Source of the DNA: a bacterium
GTDB taxonomy: Bacteria; JAMCPX01
NCBI GenBank assembly: GCA_021792615.1
Contig: JAJYUJ010000008.1
Coordinates: forward strand, 11,900 to 75,899
Direction of reading: 5' to 3'
Length of the DNA: 64,000 bases
Shown here: one piece after another, positions 51,528 to 62,973 of the stretch
Position numbering within the stretch: the stretch's first letter is position 1
Layout: each line of letters opens with the position of its first letter
The notes under the pieces: model-generated
Seen by the model: only the letters and a program-made list of their open reading frames with translations
What the model was told of the DNA's origin: nothing
Database searches by the model: none
Program-made: the position numbers and the translations under genes

Positions 51528-52733
51528 CTATTGCAGAGCCGAAGCAACAGCCTTTTCGAACAGTTCCAGGCCCTTTTTCAGCTCCTGCCGGGTAATGATA
51601 AGCGGCGGCAGAAACCTGACGATAGTACCGTTGGTCACATTGACGATAAGACCCGATTTCAGGCATGCATCAAAAACCTTTGCCGCATGGTCGGGATTAT
51701 AAAACTCCGTGCCCAGGGCAAGCCCTATGCCCCGGATGTCTTTTATGGTATCCGGATATTTTTTCTTTATCTCCCGCAGTTGTTTTAATGCGGCGGCGCC
51801 GAGGTCTTTGGCATTGCCGGACAGCCTGTGCTTCATTATATAATTTATCGAAGCTATCCCGGCCGCTGCGGCAAGGGGCGAACCCCCGAACGTTGTGCCG
51901 TGGGTACCATAATCGAAATATTTGGATACCGCTTTTGTTGCGAGCATTGCCCCCATGGGTACGCCCCCTGCAATGGATTTCGCAATGGTGACCATGTCCG
52001 GCTTTATTCCATAATTTTCGTAAGCGAACAGCCTGCCCGTCCTTCCAAGTCCCACCTGCACCTCGTCCATAATCAAAAGGATGTCCTTTTTCTTTGTCTG
52101 CTCCCGGACAAAACCCATATACTCCTTTGTTGCGGGATAAATGCCGCCTTCACCCTGAACGGGCTCAAGGATCACCGCGCACACGTCATCCCCCAGTGCT
52201 GCATGCATGTCGTCGATATCATTAAAGCCCACGTACCTGAAGCCCGGCACCATGGGCTCAAACCCAATCTGATATTTCTTTTGTCCCGTCGCGGAGAGTG
52301 TGCCGTACGTCCTGCCATGAAAAGAGTTGTTCGCACTGATCACGACATACCTGCCCCGGCCGTACTTTTTGTATGAATAGAGCCGTGAAAGTTTGAGTGC
52401 GCCCTCGTTTGCCTCTGCACCGCTGTTGCAGAAAAATACTTGATCCGCAAAAGAATTTTTTGTAATCAACCGGGCGAGTTCCGCCTGGGGAGCAGTGTAA
52501 AAATCATTTGTTACCAGGATAAGCTTTTTTGCCTGTGCCGAGATTGCCTTTATGACATCGGGGTTGGAGTAACCGGTGTTTGCAGCCCCCCGCGCACCGA
52601 GAAAGTCCATGTACCGTTTTCCGCTGTTGTCCCACAGGTATATCCCTTTGCCTTTCGTTATGACAAGGGGTATCCTCTTGTAGGTGTGCATGATAAAATC
52701 ATCAGCCATTTTTATGATATCATCTTTTCTCAT
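51528..52733 (-). CDS. argD: Acetylornithine aminotransferase
   Basis: CNSGAEANE, SFHGRT, EPVQGEGG, DEVQ, HGTTFGG; located in the arg cluster. Confidence 0.93.
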   Translation of the reverse strand: MRKDDIIKMADDFIMHTYKRIPLVITKGKGIYLWDNSGKRYMDFLGARGAANTGYSNPDVIKAISAQAKKLILVTNDFYTAPQAELARLITKNSFADQVFFCNSGAEANEGALKLSRLYSYKKYGRGRYVVISANNSFHGRTYGTLSATGQKKYQIGFEPMVPGFRYVGFNDIDDMHAALGDDVCAVILEPVQGEGGIYPATKEYMGFVREQTKKKDILLIMDEVQVGLGRTGRLFAYENYGIKPDMVTIAKSIAGGVPMGAMLATKAVSKYFDYGTHGTTFGGSPLAAAAGIASINYIMKHRLSGNAKDLGAAALKQLREIKKKYPDTIKDIRGIGLALGTEFYNPDHAAKVFDACLKSGLIVNVTNGTIVRFLPPLIITRQELKKGLELFEKAVASALQ

Positions 52734-52842
52734 TACTGCTATCCTCTTTTATTTTTAATCTTAAATTAGTAATATTTAATTTTTTATTTTTTCATATTCT
52801 CGAATATTGAATATTTAATTTTGAGTTTTGAATTTCTATTCG

Positions 52843-53709
52843 TTACGTTATCTCCGTCCCTACACCTTCGGGCGTGAATATCTCCAGCAGTACGGCGTGC
52901 GGGATCCTTCCATCAATGATATGGCATTTTTTTACGCCATGCTTGAGTGCGTCCACGGCAAACCTCACCTTGGGGATCATGCCGCCCTTTATTACCCCGG
53001 AGCTTATGAGCCCTTCGACATCCTGCGATTTTATATCCGGCAGCAATTTGCCGCTCTTATCGAGAACACCGTCAACATCCGTGAGCATAATGAGTTTTTC
53101 GGCTTTCAGGGAAGAGGCGATCTTTGCAGCGGCAACATCCGCATTTACATTGAATGCGCGGCCGTCATCACCGACAGCGACCGGAGCTATAACCGGTATA
53201 AAGTGGTTCAACTCCAGTGTCCGTATGATCTTCGTATCGGCGCTCACGATATCCCCCGTCCTTCCCATGTCGAGTATATCACCGCTCTCCCTGCTCTTCA
53301 TCTCTACCATCTTGGCTATCAAAAGTTTGCCGTCTTTTCCGCTTATACCGACGGCCTTGCCGCCGAGGTGATTGATAAGGCCGACGATTTCCTTGTTGAT
53401 CTTTCCGACGAGGACCATCTCGACGACATCCATGGTCTTCTCGTCCGTTACGCGCAATCCGTCGATGAACTTGCTTTCCTTGCCCAGTTGTTTGAGCAGG
53501 TCGTCTATCTGAGGGCCTCCGCCGTGCACGACCACGGGCTTGAGACCGATGTACCACATCAGGATAATGTCGCGGGCGAAATTGTTTTTCAACTGTTCGT
53601 CGAGCATTGCATGGCCGCCGAATTTAAACACGAACGTCTTTCCGTAAAAGCTTTTTATGTACGGCAATGCCTCTATAAGAACGGATGCCTTTTGAATATT
53701 GTTTTCCAT
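52843..53709 (-). CDS. argB: Acetylglutamate kinase
   Basis: EALPYI, KFGG, VHGGG, NVNAD, GGMIPK. Confidence 0.97.
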   Translation of the reverse strand: MENNIQKASVLIEALPYIKSFYGKTFVFKFGGHAMLDEQLKNNFARDIILMWYIGLKPVVVHGGGPQIDDLLKQLGKESKFIDGLRVTDEKTMDVVEMVLVGKINKEIVGLINHLGGKAVGISGKDGKLLIAKMVEMKSRESGDILDMGRTGDIVSADTKIIRTLELNHFIPVIAPVAVGDDGRAFNVNADVAAAKIASSLKAEKLIMLTDVDGVLDKSGKLLPDIKSQDVEGLISSGVIKGGMIPKVRFAVDALKHGVKKCHIIDGRIPHAVLLEIFTPEGVGTEIT

Positions 53710-53711
53710 TT

Positions 53712-55130
53712 TTAAAGGATATACTTGCTCAGATCCTCGTTCTTCAAAATCGGATTGAGCTTTTCTCCGACGTACTTTTCATCGATTACAAACTTGCTGT
53801 CTTTGTATTTCGATGTGTCGAAGGATATGTCTTCCAGCAGCCTTTCCATTACCGTGTGCAGCCTTCTTGCCCCGATGTTTTCAAGCCGGTCGTTGCTGAT
53901 ACTCGCAATCTCCGCAATTTTTTCTATGGCGTCTTTTGTATAAACGAGTTCCACATTTTCCGTTTTCATCATCTCTATGTACTGCTTTGTCAGGGCATTG
54001 TCCGGCTCTGTCAGTATCCTGATGAAGTCCTCTTTTGTCAAAGGCTCGAGTTCTACCCGGATCGGAAACCTTCCCTGCAATTCCGGGATAAGGTCCGACG
54101 GTTTGCTGACGTGGAAGGCACCTGCGGCTATAAACAGCATGTGGTCTGTCCTTACCATTCCGTACTTAGTCATCACGGTTGTCCCTTCTATGAGCGGCAG
54201 AAGGTCTCTCTGGACACCCTCTCGCGACACATCGGGTCCGTAACCCGATTCTTTGCTTGCTATCTTGTCTATCTCGTCTACAAATACGATCCCGGATTCC
54301 TCTACCTTTTTAATGGCTGTCCGCACGACCTTGTCCATATCCACAAGCTTCTCGAGCTCCTGCTGGATGATGAGCTCCCGTGCCTCCATGATCTTTATCT
54401 TTTTCTTCTTTGTTTTCTTCGGCAGCATGGTTTCGAACATCTCCCGCAGGTTGAACTCCATCTCATCGCTGCCCATGCCGGAGAAAACCTCTATGACCGG
54501 CATCGGCATGTACTGGATGTCCATCTCCACATAGCGGTTGTCGAACTTGCCGTCCCTGAGCATCGCCCTGAACTTTTCCCGTGTGCTCTTGGCGTCTTCG
54601 ACGATCTCGAGCATTTTCTGCTCTGTTTCCGGAGGCTTGTTGTTCGCGGGTTTTTTCTTGATGGGCAGTAAAAGATCGAGAAGTCTCTCTTCCGTGAGCT
54701 CTTCGGCCTTCGGCAATAAGTTGTCTTCTTCCTCTTCCCTGACCATTTTAACGGATATCTCGACGATATCCCTTACAATCGATTCCACATCCCTGCCGAC
54801 ATAACCGACCTCGGTGTACTTTGAAGCCTCGACCTTGAGAAAAGGCGCCTGGGCAAGCTTTGCAAGCCTGCGTGCTATCTCTGTTTTGCCGATACCGGTC
54901 GGACCTATCATGATGATATTCTTGGGGGCTATTTCATCCCGAATTTCTTCCGGCACATGCTGCCTTCTCCATCTGTTGCGCAGTGCTATTGCAACCATTT
55001 TTTTGGCATCTTTCTGACCGACAATATATCTGTTCAACTCCTGGACTATTGCCACAGGCAGCAGGGTATCGCTCGGTTCAATCTGTTCAAGTTTGTCTGC
55101 CGCAACAACGGCATTCCTCGGTTTTCTCAT
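53712..55130 (-). CDS. hslU: HslU ATPase
   Basis: [29 protein letters not shown]. Confidence 0.97.
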   Translation of the reverse strand: MRKPRNAVVAADKLEQIEPSDTLLPVAIVQELNRYIVGQKDAKKMVAIALRNRWRRQHVPEEIRDEIAPKNIIMIGPTGIGKTEIARRLAKLAQAPFLKVEASKYTEVGYVGRDVESIVRDIVEISVKMVREEEEDNLLPKAEELTEERLLDLLLPIKKKPANNKPPETEQKMLEIVEDAKSTREKFRAMLRDGKFDNRYVEMDIQYMPMPVIEVFSGMGSDEMEFNLREMFETMLPKKTKKKKIKIMEARELIIQQELEKLVDMDKVVRTAIKKVEESGIVFVDEIDKIASKESGYGPDVSREGVQRDLLPLIEGTTVMTKYGMVRTDHMLFIAAGAFHVSKPSDLIPELQGRFPIRVELEPLTKEDFIRILTEPDNALTKQYIEMMKTENVELVYTKDAIEKIAEIASISNDRLENIGARRLHTVMERLLEDISFDTSKYKDSKFVIDEKYVGEKLNPILKNEDLSKYIL

Positions 55131-55144
55131 CGTGTTTTACCTCT

Positions 55145-55672
55145 TTATAATTCTTCTATTGTAATAGTGCTGTTGGTGTAAATACATATCTCCGATGCAA
55201 TCTTCATTGCATTCTCGGCTATTTCCCTTGCCTCAAGATTGGAAAACCTTACCATTGCCCGCGCCGCAGACAAAGCGTAACTTCCTCCGGATCCTATTGC
55301 GACGAGGTTATCATCGGGTTCTATCACATCCCCTGTTCCGGAGAGTACCAGGGAAGTTGATTTATCCGCTGCAATCAGAAGGGCCTCAAGCCTTCTCAGG
55401 ATCTTATCCGTCCGCCAGTCTTTTGCAAGTTGTACGGCGGCCTTGAGGAGGTTCCCCCTGAACTCTTCGAGCTTTCCCTCGAATCTGTTGAAAAGGGTAA
55501 ACGCATCCGCTGTCGAGCCTGCAAAACCGACAAGGACGGTGTCGTTATAAAGCCTCCGTACCTTTTTTGCCGTGTGCTTCATTATGGTATCGCCCATGGT
55601 CACCTGTCCGTCACCTGCCAGGACGACCTTTCCCTTGTGCCGTACACCTATAATCGTTGTTCCGTGAAACAT
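55145..55672 (-). CDS. hslV: HslV protease
   Basis: [23 protein letters not shown]. Confidence 0.97.
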   Translation of the reverse strand: MFHGTTIIGVRHKGKVVLAGDGQVTMGDTIMKHTAKKVRRLYNDTVLVGFAGSTADAFTLFNRFEGKLEEFRGNLLKAAVQLAKDWRTDKILRRLEALLIAADKSTSLVLSGTGDVIEPDDNLVAIGSGGSYALSAARAMVRFSNLEAREIAENAMKIASEICIYTNSTITIEEL

Positions 55673-55685
55673 GCCAACTCCTTTT

Positions 55686-56642
55686 TTAATTTCCCCCTGA
55701 TAAGGGGGACAAAGGGGGTTTCGACCCCTCACTTTTCATTCCCCGCTGCTTCCCCTTGTGTGCCCGCGGATGCGCATCATCGTAAACCTTCATGAGCCTG
55801 TCCATACTTGTGTGCGTGTAAATCTGTGTCGTCGAGATGCTCGAATGACCGAGCAGCTCCTGAATAAACCTTAAATCCGCACCTGCATCAAGCAGATGTG
55901 TTGCGAATGTATGCCGTAAAGAATGCGGGCTTATGTGTTTGTTGATGCCCGACTTCTGCATATATTTTTTTACAATCATACCAACGGCCCTTCGTGTAAG
56001 CCTTTTCCCGTATTTGTTTACAAACATAGCCCCTGTTTGTGCCTTGCCCTGTAAAAAAACCATTCTTTCCTTCAGATAATGCCCTACGACCTCAACAGCC
56101 TTTTTATTGACCGGAACAACACGCTCTTTTCTTCCCTTCCCGATAACCCGCACATAGCCTATATTAATATCAATATTCTCAATATCCAGTCCTACAAGTT
56201 CAGAAACACGCAATCCGCTTGCGTAAAACAGTTCCAGCATTGTCCTGTCCCGCAGGGATAAGAAGCTGTCGCCCTCCGGCAGTTCGATGAGGCCGAATAC
56301 CTCGTCAACATTCAGAAATCCAGGAAGCAGCTTGTCCTTCTTCGGTATTGCTATAAGTTCGGCAGGATTCATCCCGATATGATGTTCCCTCAGTAAAAAC
56401 TTGTAGAATGTTTTTAAAGCGGCAAGCTTCCTTCCCACAGAACTTTTCTTGTCCGTTTTCAGAAGCGAGGTTATGAAACTCCTTATCTCCGGCAAGCCTG
56501 CCGATTCAAGAGATTTCGCGGGATGTGTGGTCTTTAAAAATGCCGAAAATTGCCGCAGGTCAGAGAGGTAGGCATCAAGAGTATTGCCGGATGCGCCTTT
56601 CTCTACGTTGAGATAGGTACTGAAGGCATCAATATAATCCAT
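55686..56642 (-). CDS. xerC: Tyrosine recombinase XerC
   Basis: [32 protein letters not shown]; directly upstream of hslVU. Confidence 0.9.
   Translation of the reverse strand: MDYIDAFSTYLNVEKGASGNTLDAYLSDLRQFSAFLKTTHPAKSLESAGLPEIRSFITSLLKTDKKSSVGRKLAALKTFYKFLLREHHIGMNPAELIAIPKKDKLLPGFLNVDEVFGLIELPEGDSFLSLRDRTMLELFYASGLRVSELVGLDIENIDINIGYVRVIGKGRKERVVPVNKKAVEVVGHYLKERMVFLQGKAQTGAMFVNKYGKRLTRRAVGMIVKKYMQKSGINKHISPHSLRHTFATHLLDAGADLRFIQELLGHSSISTTQIYTHTSMDRLMKVYDDAHPRAHKGKQRGMKSEGSKPPLSPLSGGN
55690..55721 (+). repeat. Dispersed CCCCCTGATAAGGGGG palindromic repeat inside the xerC 3' end
   Basis: TTTCCCCCTGATAAGGGGGACAAAGGGGGTTT, 2 mismatches to 63161-63192. Confidence 0.85.
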
Positions 56643-56759
56643 TGCATGGTAAAAGTAACACATTGCTTATGTATTTTCAATCGGAGGGGTATTCGGAGAA
56701 ACCCGTAACCCCTTTTTTACTTGATGATTTTTCTCAACTCGGTATACAGTGCATAAACA

Positions 56760-57860
56760 ATGTCTTTCGATACCAATACAAATGACGAACTTCTCTCCTG
56801 GATAGCGCTGAACCGGGTGGAAGGTGTCGGCAACATCTTCTATAAAAGGCTCATATCCGCATTCAGCAGCCCGCAGAAAGTGTTTTCGGCATCGTATGAC
56901 GAAATCAGGGAAATGGCGGGCATACCGGACGCGGTCGTCAACAGGATAAAGCACTTTGATGCGGTTGCTCCGGCAGAGGAAGAATTAAAAAGGATACAGC
57001 AGGAAGGCATAGATATAATAACCCTGTCTGACAAGCATTATCCCCCGCTTTTAAAACAGATAAACGACCCGCCGCCCTTTCTCTATGCCAAGGGACGGGT
57101 TGACATACTCACAGGATCCCCGTGCATTGCCATTGTCGGCACACGGTTTCCTTCTCCCTACGGAGAAGAGATTACCGCAGAGATCGCCCTGGCACTGGTC
57201 AAGCAAGGGGTTACTATCGTAAGCGGTATGGCAAAAGGTATAGATTCGGCGGCCCACAAAACAGCGCTGGAAAACCGGGGTACGACAATTGCCGTGTGGG
57301 GAACGGGGATAAACAGAGTTTATCCTGCCGAAAACCGGCAGCTTGCGCATGATATAGCGGACAAGGGCTTGATCCTGAGCGAATATCCTCTGGATACGCC
57401 TCCTCTGGACAAGAACTTCCCGGCACGCAACCGCATTATAAGCGGTCTGTCCCTTGCCGTAATTGTGACCGAGGCGTCTTTGAACAGCGGTACCATGATT
57501 ACGGTATCGCATGCGCTGGATCAGGGCAGGGATGTGTTTGCCGTTCCGGGACAGATCTATTCCATGATGAGCCAGGGCACGAACAGGCTCATCAAGCACG
57601 GGTGTGCCATGGTGGATTCAGTCGACAGTCTTGTGGCGGAGATCAAGGCGATCCTTCCATCGGAAAAAAAGAGCACGGCCGGTATGCCGGAATCGCACGC
57701 CGATGTCCTGTCCGTCCTGTCTTCCGATCCAATGGATCTTGATACCATCATTATACGATCGCAATTTGACACGGCCAAAGTAATGAGTATTCTTACTGAA
57801 ATGGAACTCAACGGAATTGTAAAACAATTACCGGGGAAAAGATTTATAAAAATGGAGTGA
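56760..57860 (+). CDS. dprA: DNA processing protein DprA
   Basis: AIVGTR, SGMAKGID, FPARNRIISG, GRDVFAVPG. Confidence 0.96.
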   Translation: MSFDTNTNDELLSWIALNRVEGVGNIFYKRLISAFSSPQKVFSASYDEIREMAGIPDAVVNRIKHFDAVAPAEEELKRIQQEGIDIITLSDKHYPPLLKQINDPPPFLYAKGRVDILTGSPCIAIVGTRFPSPYGEEITAEIALALVKQGVTIVSGMAKGIDSAAHKTALENRGTTIAVWGTGINRVYPAENRQLAHDIADKGLILSEYPLDTPPLDKNFPARNRIISGLSLAVIVTEASLNSGTMITVSHALDQGRDVFAVPGQIYSMMSQGTNRLIKHGCAMVDSVDSLVAEIKAILPSEKKSTAGMPESHADVLSVLSSDPMDLDTIIIRSQFDTAKVMSILTEMELNGIVKQLPGKRFIKME

Positions 57861-60100
57861 ATATGCCGGCGAAAGCACAGAAAGAAAAATACCTGATTGT
57901 TGTAGAATCACCCGCTAAAACAAAGACCATAAAAAAGTTTCTGGACAGCGACTATGAAGTCGTCGCTTCCATGGGACATATCAAGGACCTGCCCAAGTCA
58001 AAGCTCGGCGTCGATACAAAAACATTTGCGGCCGAATATGAACTGCTGAAGACCAAGCTCAAGATCATAGCGGCAATAAAAAAGGCTGCAAAAAATGTGG
58101 GCACCGTGTACCTTGCTCCGGATCCGGACAGGGAGGGAGAGGCAATCGCCTGGCACATCGCGGATGAACTGAAAAAGCAAAACACAAAGCTCAGGATAGA
58201 GCGGGTGATGTTCAACGAGATCACCAAACAGGCTGTGCTCGAAGGCATTAAAAACCACGGGAAGCTCAACGAGAGGATGTACGATTCCTACCTCGCCCGG
58301 CGTATCCTCGACAGACTTGTCGGCTATCAGATAAGCCCTTTGCTCTGGGATAAGGTCCGCAGGGGGTTGAGTGCCGGCAGGGTCCAGTCCGTTGCAGTGC
58401 GGCTTATATGTGACCGCGAAAAAGAGCGGGAGGCGTTCGTTCCTCAGGAGTACTGGTCAATAGAAGGCTCGTTCATAACACCCGGTAAGGACGTTTTTGA
58501 GACAAAGCTCGCCGCTGTCGACGGCAAGGCCGTGGATATAAAAAACGGCGATACGGCACAAACCCTTGTACAAGAGATAAAAAAACAAAATTATAACGTT
58601 GCCGGTATAGAACAAAAGGAAAGGAAGTCCTACCCTGTGCCGCCGTTCATCACCAGCACGCTTCAGCAAGAATCCATAAAACGGCTCAGGTTTACGGCAG
58701 ACAGGACCATGAAGATAGCGCAGAAGCTGTATGAGGGCATCGAGCTCGGCAAGGAAGGCCACACCGCGCTGATAACCTACATGCGGACAGACTCGGTCAG
58801 GATAGCGGACGAGGCGTTGTCGAACGTCCGGGCATACATAAACACCGCATTCGGAAAAGACTATCTGCCCCAGTCTCCGAATGTGTATAAAAACAAAAAG
58901 TCAGCCCAGGATGCACACGAGGCCGTCAGGCCGACGCGGTTCGATCTGCCGCCGGACAAAGTAAAAAAATATCTTTCGGATCAGGAATATGCCCTGTACC
59001 GGTTGATCTGGGAACGGTTTGTGGCAAGCCAGATGACGCCTGCGGTGTTCAGACAGATGGTTGTGCAGATTAAGGGCGGCAGGTTTTTATTCAGGGCAAC
59101 GGGATCGACGCTCCTGTTCGACGGATATCTCAGGGTCTACGAAGAGCAGAGGGAGGAGTCGCTGCTGCCGGCACTGAACAATAACGATCCCCTGCAGTTA
59201 AAAGAGGTCGCACCGCACCAGCATTTTACGGAACCGCCTCCGCGGTATACCGAGGCATCCCTGGTAAAAGAACTCGAGGAAAAAGGCATCGGCAGGCCAT
59301 CCACGTATGCAACAATACTCTTTACCATCCAGCAAAGGGGGTATGTCGTCAAAGACGAGGGAAGGTTTAAGCCCACGGAGCTCGGAAATATTGTTACCGA
59401 GATGCTGATAAAGAATTTCCCGCAGATCATGGATATAGGGTTTACTGCGGATATGGAGGACAAGTTAGACAACGTGGAAGAGGGCAATACCAATTATATC
59501 GAACTGCTCAAGGCGTTCTACAAGACATTCGCACAACTGCTCGTGAAGGCCGGAAAACAGATGAAAAACATGAAGGCAACCGAAGAAAAAACGGACATCA
59601 AATGCGAAAAATGCGGATCGCCCATGGTCATAAAGTGGGGACGCAACGGCATGTTCCTCGCGTGTTCGAATTATCCGGAATGCAAAAATACGAAAAACTT
59701 CAAAAGGGATGAGAACGGCGCGATAACCGTGATCGAGAACGAGAAGTCGGATTTAAAATGCGAATTATGCGGCGGTTCCATGCTGATAAAGCGAACCAGG
59801 TCGGGTGCACGGTTCCTCGCGTGCGAGAACTACCCGAAATGCAAAAACACGAAGTCCTATGCCATAGATGTCAAATGTCCCGAGTGCGGCGGTGCTGTCG
59901 CAGAGCGCTCGACGAAAAAGGGAAGGCTTTTTTACGGATGCACCAATTATCCGAAGTGTCATTTTGTATCCTGGAATAAACCGGTAAACAAGGTGTGCCC
60001 GAAATGCGGATCGAAGTATCTTATAGAGAAGTACACCCAGAAAGACGGGGTTGTGATCGCATGTCCGAACAAGGACTGCGGGTATGTCGAAAAGAAGTAG
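57857..60100 (+). CDS. topA: DNA topoisomerase I
   Basis: VESPAK, DPDREGE, SAGRVQS, ITYMRTD, C-terminal Zn ribbons. Confidence 0.98.
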   Translation: MNMPAKAQKEKYLIVVESPAKTKTIKKFLDSDYEVVASMGHIKDLPKSKLGVDTKTFAAEYELLKTKLKIIAAIKKAAKNVGTVYLAPDPDREGEAIAWHIADELKKQNTKLRIERVMFNEITKQAVLEGIKNHGKLNERMYDSYLARRILDRLVGYQISPLLWDKVRRGLSAGRVQSVAVRLICDREKEREAFVPQEYWSIEGSFITPGKDVFETKLAAVDGKAVDIKNGDTAQTLVQEIKKQNYNVAGIEQKERKSYPVPPFITSTLQQESIKRLRFTADRTMKIAQKLYEGIELGKEGHTALITYMRTDSVRIADEALSNVRAYINTAFGKDYLPQSPNVYKNKKSAQDAHEAVRPTRFDLPPDKVKKYLSDQEYALYRLIWERFVASQMTPAVFRQMVVQIKGGRFLFRATGSTLLFDGYLRVYEEQREESLLPALNNNDPLQLKEVAPHQHFTEPPPRYTEASLVKELEEKGIGRPSTYATILFTIQQRGYVVKDEGRFKPTELGNIVTEMLIKNFPQIMDIGFTADMEDKLDNVEEGNTNYIELLKAFYKTFAQLLVKAGKQMKNMKATEEKTDIKCEKCGSPMVIKWGRNGMFLACSNYPECKNTKNFKRDENGAITVIENEKSDLKCELCGGSMLIKRTRSGARFLACENYPKCKNTKSYAIDVKCPECGGAVAERSTKKGRLFYGCTNYPKCHFVSWNKPVNKVCPKCGSKYLIEKYTQKDGVVIACPNKDCGYVEKK

Positions 60101-60109
60101 AACCCAGCA

Positions 60110-60352
60110 TTCCCCTTATCAAGCTAATCATTACCCGCATCTTTTACTGGACGGATCAGAAGTGAAGTTATGATTGAAATGTCCCCCCTCTTAAGATAAG
60201 AGGGGGCAAGGGGGCGTTATGAGATTTATACGCAAGACCCAACATTTAAAGGAACAAGGTGTAATAAGGAATGATTAAAACCGTAACTTCCTTAATCCCT
60301 CTTAACCTAAGAGGGATAACGCAGGAGAATCCCCTGCTTAATCTCAGAGGAT
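60110..60352. repeat. Cluster of REP-like palindromes (CCCTCTTAAGATAAGAGGG type)
   Basis: CCCCCTCTTAAGATAAGAGGGGGCAAGGGGG near 60183; TCCCTCTTAACCTAAGAGGGA near 60296; a degenerate third copy. Confidence 0.7.
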
Positions 60353-60370
60353 ACAATCTAACGGATAACC

Positions 60371-62962
60371 ATGACTAAACCCCCGACTCCTTTAGTCCAG
60401 CAGTACCTTGAAATAAAATCCAGATATAAGGATGCGATCCTTTTTTACCGGCTCGGTGATTTTTACGAGATGTTTTTCGAGGACGCGGTTACCGCAGCAC
60501 CCGTCCTTGACCTGACCCTTACATCACGGCACAAGGACGTCGAAGACCCGGTACCCATGTGCGGCGTGCCGTATCATGCTGCAGCGCCGTACATAAAAAA
60601 GCTTTTGGATGCGGGATTCAAGGTTGCAATATGTGAGCAGCTCGAGGACCCTGCAAAGGCAAAGGGTATCGTAAAACGGGATGTCATACGGGTAGCAACA
60701 CCGGGACTTATCTATGATCCGGACATGCTTGAATCCAATCAAACTAACTATATTGCGGTACTTGAAGACTCGCCTGAAGGCTCCGGTGTCGCATTCTTCG
60801 AGCCGTCCACATCCGAACTTCTCTTAATGTCAACAGCGGATCCCGAGCAGATATTCTCGGAGATAAAAAAACTGATGCCGAAAGAGATAATCTATAAAGA
60901 CAAGCACCTGCCGATCCGGATTATCAACCTGTTCGGCGCGGAGGTCCCTTTTATTCTTACCCCGGTGACCGGGCAGCATTTTGCATGGGACACTCTGCAG
61001 GAAAGGGTCCTTGATATATGGGGCGGCCAGCTCACCGGTGCAGGTATTACGGACAACAGCATACTGTTATCCGTTACAGCCGCGTTGTTCCGGTATCTGG
61101 AAGACACCAAAACCCCTATCAGCAATATTACCATAAAGAGGGTGCTGCCCTCTCTCTACCTCTATATGGACAGTGCAACCATTCGTAACCTCGAGCTGTT
61201 CAATTCCATTATAGACGGTTCGGAGAAGATAAGCCTCGTCGGAGTCATGGATAAAACTATAACGCCCATGGGTGCACGCATGCTGCGTCATTATCTCCGG
61301 TTCCCGAGCGTATCCTCGCAGGAGGTTATAGCACGGCATGCTGTCGTGGAATATTTTTTCAACGAGCCGGTTGCACGCGCGGAGTTGAGGAACAGGTTGA
61401 AAGATGTAGGCGATATAGAAAGAATTGTTACCAAGGCGCACAACATGACCCTGACCCCGCAATCCCTGCAAAGGTTTGCCCTGTCCCTCGATGCCATGAA
61501 AGACGTCAAACAAATGATACGTAAAGACATACCCCTGCTTGCCGGGCTGTATGAATCCATGGACGAGCTGATGGATGTCCGGGCCTCGATCGCAGCTACA
61601 ATCGATCTGTCCGACGAGCAAAACGAACACGGCTGGTTTGTTCGTGCGGGTATCAATGCCCGGCTCGATGAGATAAAGCTGCTGGTGAAAGACACCAGGG
61701 GCTGGCTCAGGCGTTTCGAACAGGAAGAGCGCACGAGGACTGGCATCGGATCGCTCAAGGTAGGATACACAAGTGTTTTCGGATATTATATAGAGGTCAC
61801 CAGGCCGAACCTCCGTCTTGTGCCCGAGGATTATATACGGAAGCAGACCGTTGCAAACGGAGAACGGTTTATTACGCCAAAACTCAAGGAAATGGAGGTC
61901 AGACTGCTGAGTTCCGAAGAGCAGATAAAGGGTATCGAGGGCGGTTACCTGAGTACATTGAACGAAACGGTCTCAAAAAATGCATCTCGCATACTCATGT
62001 CTGCGTCCGCAATAGCCGCGGTCGATGTGCTGTCGGATTTTGCGGAGATCTCGGTAAGGAACAAATATGTCAAGCCCCTTGTCGATGACGGCGATGTCGT
62101 GGAATTAAAGGATGCCAGACACCCGGTCATAGAGCAGTACCTGAAGGGAGCTGCCTTCATACCCAACGACATTACATTAAACAGCACGGACAGGCAGATC
62201 GTCATCATCACAGGTCCGAACATGTCGGGTAAATCCACCATCATTCGGCAATCAGCCTTGATTGCGCTCATGGCACAGATGGGCTGCTTTGTGCCTGCAA
62301 CCTCTGCGCGGCTCGGTATTATCGACCGGATCTTCGCACGGGTAGGGGCATCGGATCATCTTGCTAAAGGACAGAGTACCTTTATGGTCGAGATGACCGA
62401 AACCGCAAATATCCTCAGCAGTGCTACAGGCAGGAGCCTGATTATCCTTGACGAGATAGGCAGGGGTACGAGCACGTACGACGGCATCAGCATTGCATGG
62501 GCGGTGCTCGATTACCTGGCGAACACCATAGGTGCAAAAACCCTGTTTGCAACGCATTACCATGAGCTGATCGAGTTCGGTCAGAGCCACCCCAAGGCCA
62601 TAAACCAGTCCATACCGGTCAAGCAGTGGCAGGGCAGGCTTATCTTTGTACGCAAGCTTATCGATGGAGGTTCAAGCGAGAGCTTCGGCATCGAGGTCGC
62701 TAAGATGGCAGGCCTGCCAAAGGACGTTATAGCCCTTGCACAGAGACTGCTCAAGAAACTGCAGGACGGCGAGATAGACAGCCTCGGCAGGCCTCGGCTT
62801 GCAGAGGGCGCGCAGTCGCACGCAGTGCAGTACGCGTTGTTCAAGCCTGATGATGCGAAGCTGTTCGAGATGCTCAAAACGGCAAATCCGGACCACATGA
62901 CGCCCCTTGAGGCGCTCCAGTTTCTGATGAAGGTAAAGGAGGCTATGGATGATAAGAAATAG
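60371..62962 (+). CDS. mutS: DNA mismatch repair protein MutS
   Basis: GDFYEMF, PMCGVPYH, TGPNMSGKST, STFMVEM, DEIGRGT, FATHY. Confidence 0.98.
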   Translation: MTKPPTPLVQQYLEIKSRYKDAILFYRLGDFYEMFFEDAVTAAPVLDLTLTSRHKDVEDPVPMCGVPYHAAAPYIKKLLDAGFKVAICEQLEDPAKAKGIVKRDVIRVATPGLIYDPDMLESNQTNYIAVLEDSPEGSGVAFFEPSTSELLLMSTADPEQIFSEIKKLMPKEIIYKDKHLPIRIINLFGAEVPFILTPVTGQHFAWDTLQERVLDIWGGQLTGAGITDNSILLSVTAALFRYLEDTKTPISNITIKRVLPSLYLYMDSATIRNLELFNSIIDGSEKISLVGVMDKTITPMGARMLRHYLRFPSVSSQEVIARHAVVEYFFNEPVARAELRNRLKDVGDIERIVTKAHNMTLTPQSLQRFALSLDAMKDVKQMIRKDIPLLAGLYESMDELMDVRASIAATIDLSDEQNEHGWFVRAGINARLDEIKLLVKDTRGWLRRFEQEERTRTGIGSLKVGYTSVFGYYIEVTRPNLRLVPEDYIRKQTVANGERFITPKLKEMEVRLLSSEEQIKGIEGGYLSTLNETVSKNASRILMSASAIAAVDVLSDFAEISVRNKYVKPLVDDGDVVELKDARHPVIEQYLKGAAFIPNDITLNSTDRQIVIITGPNMSGKSTIIRQSALIALMAQMGCFVPATSARLGIIDRIFARVGASDHLAKGQSTFMVEMTETANILSSATGRSLIILDEIGRGTSTYDGISIAWAVLDYLANTIGAKTLFATHYHELIEFGQSHPKAINQSIPVKQWQGRLIFVRKLIDGGSSESFGIEVAKMAGLPKDVIALAQRLLKKLQDGEIDSLGRPRLAEGAQSHAVQYALFKPDDAKLFEMLKTANPDHMTPLEALQFLMKVKEAMDDKK

Positions 62963-62973
62963 GATAAAATACG

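Noticed and set aside
55686-56642. Island or phage integrase
   Set aside because: Sequence and position next to hslVU and topA fit housekeeping XerC
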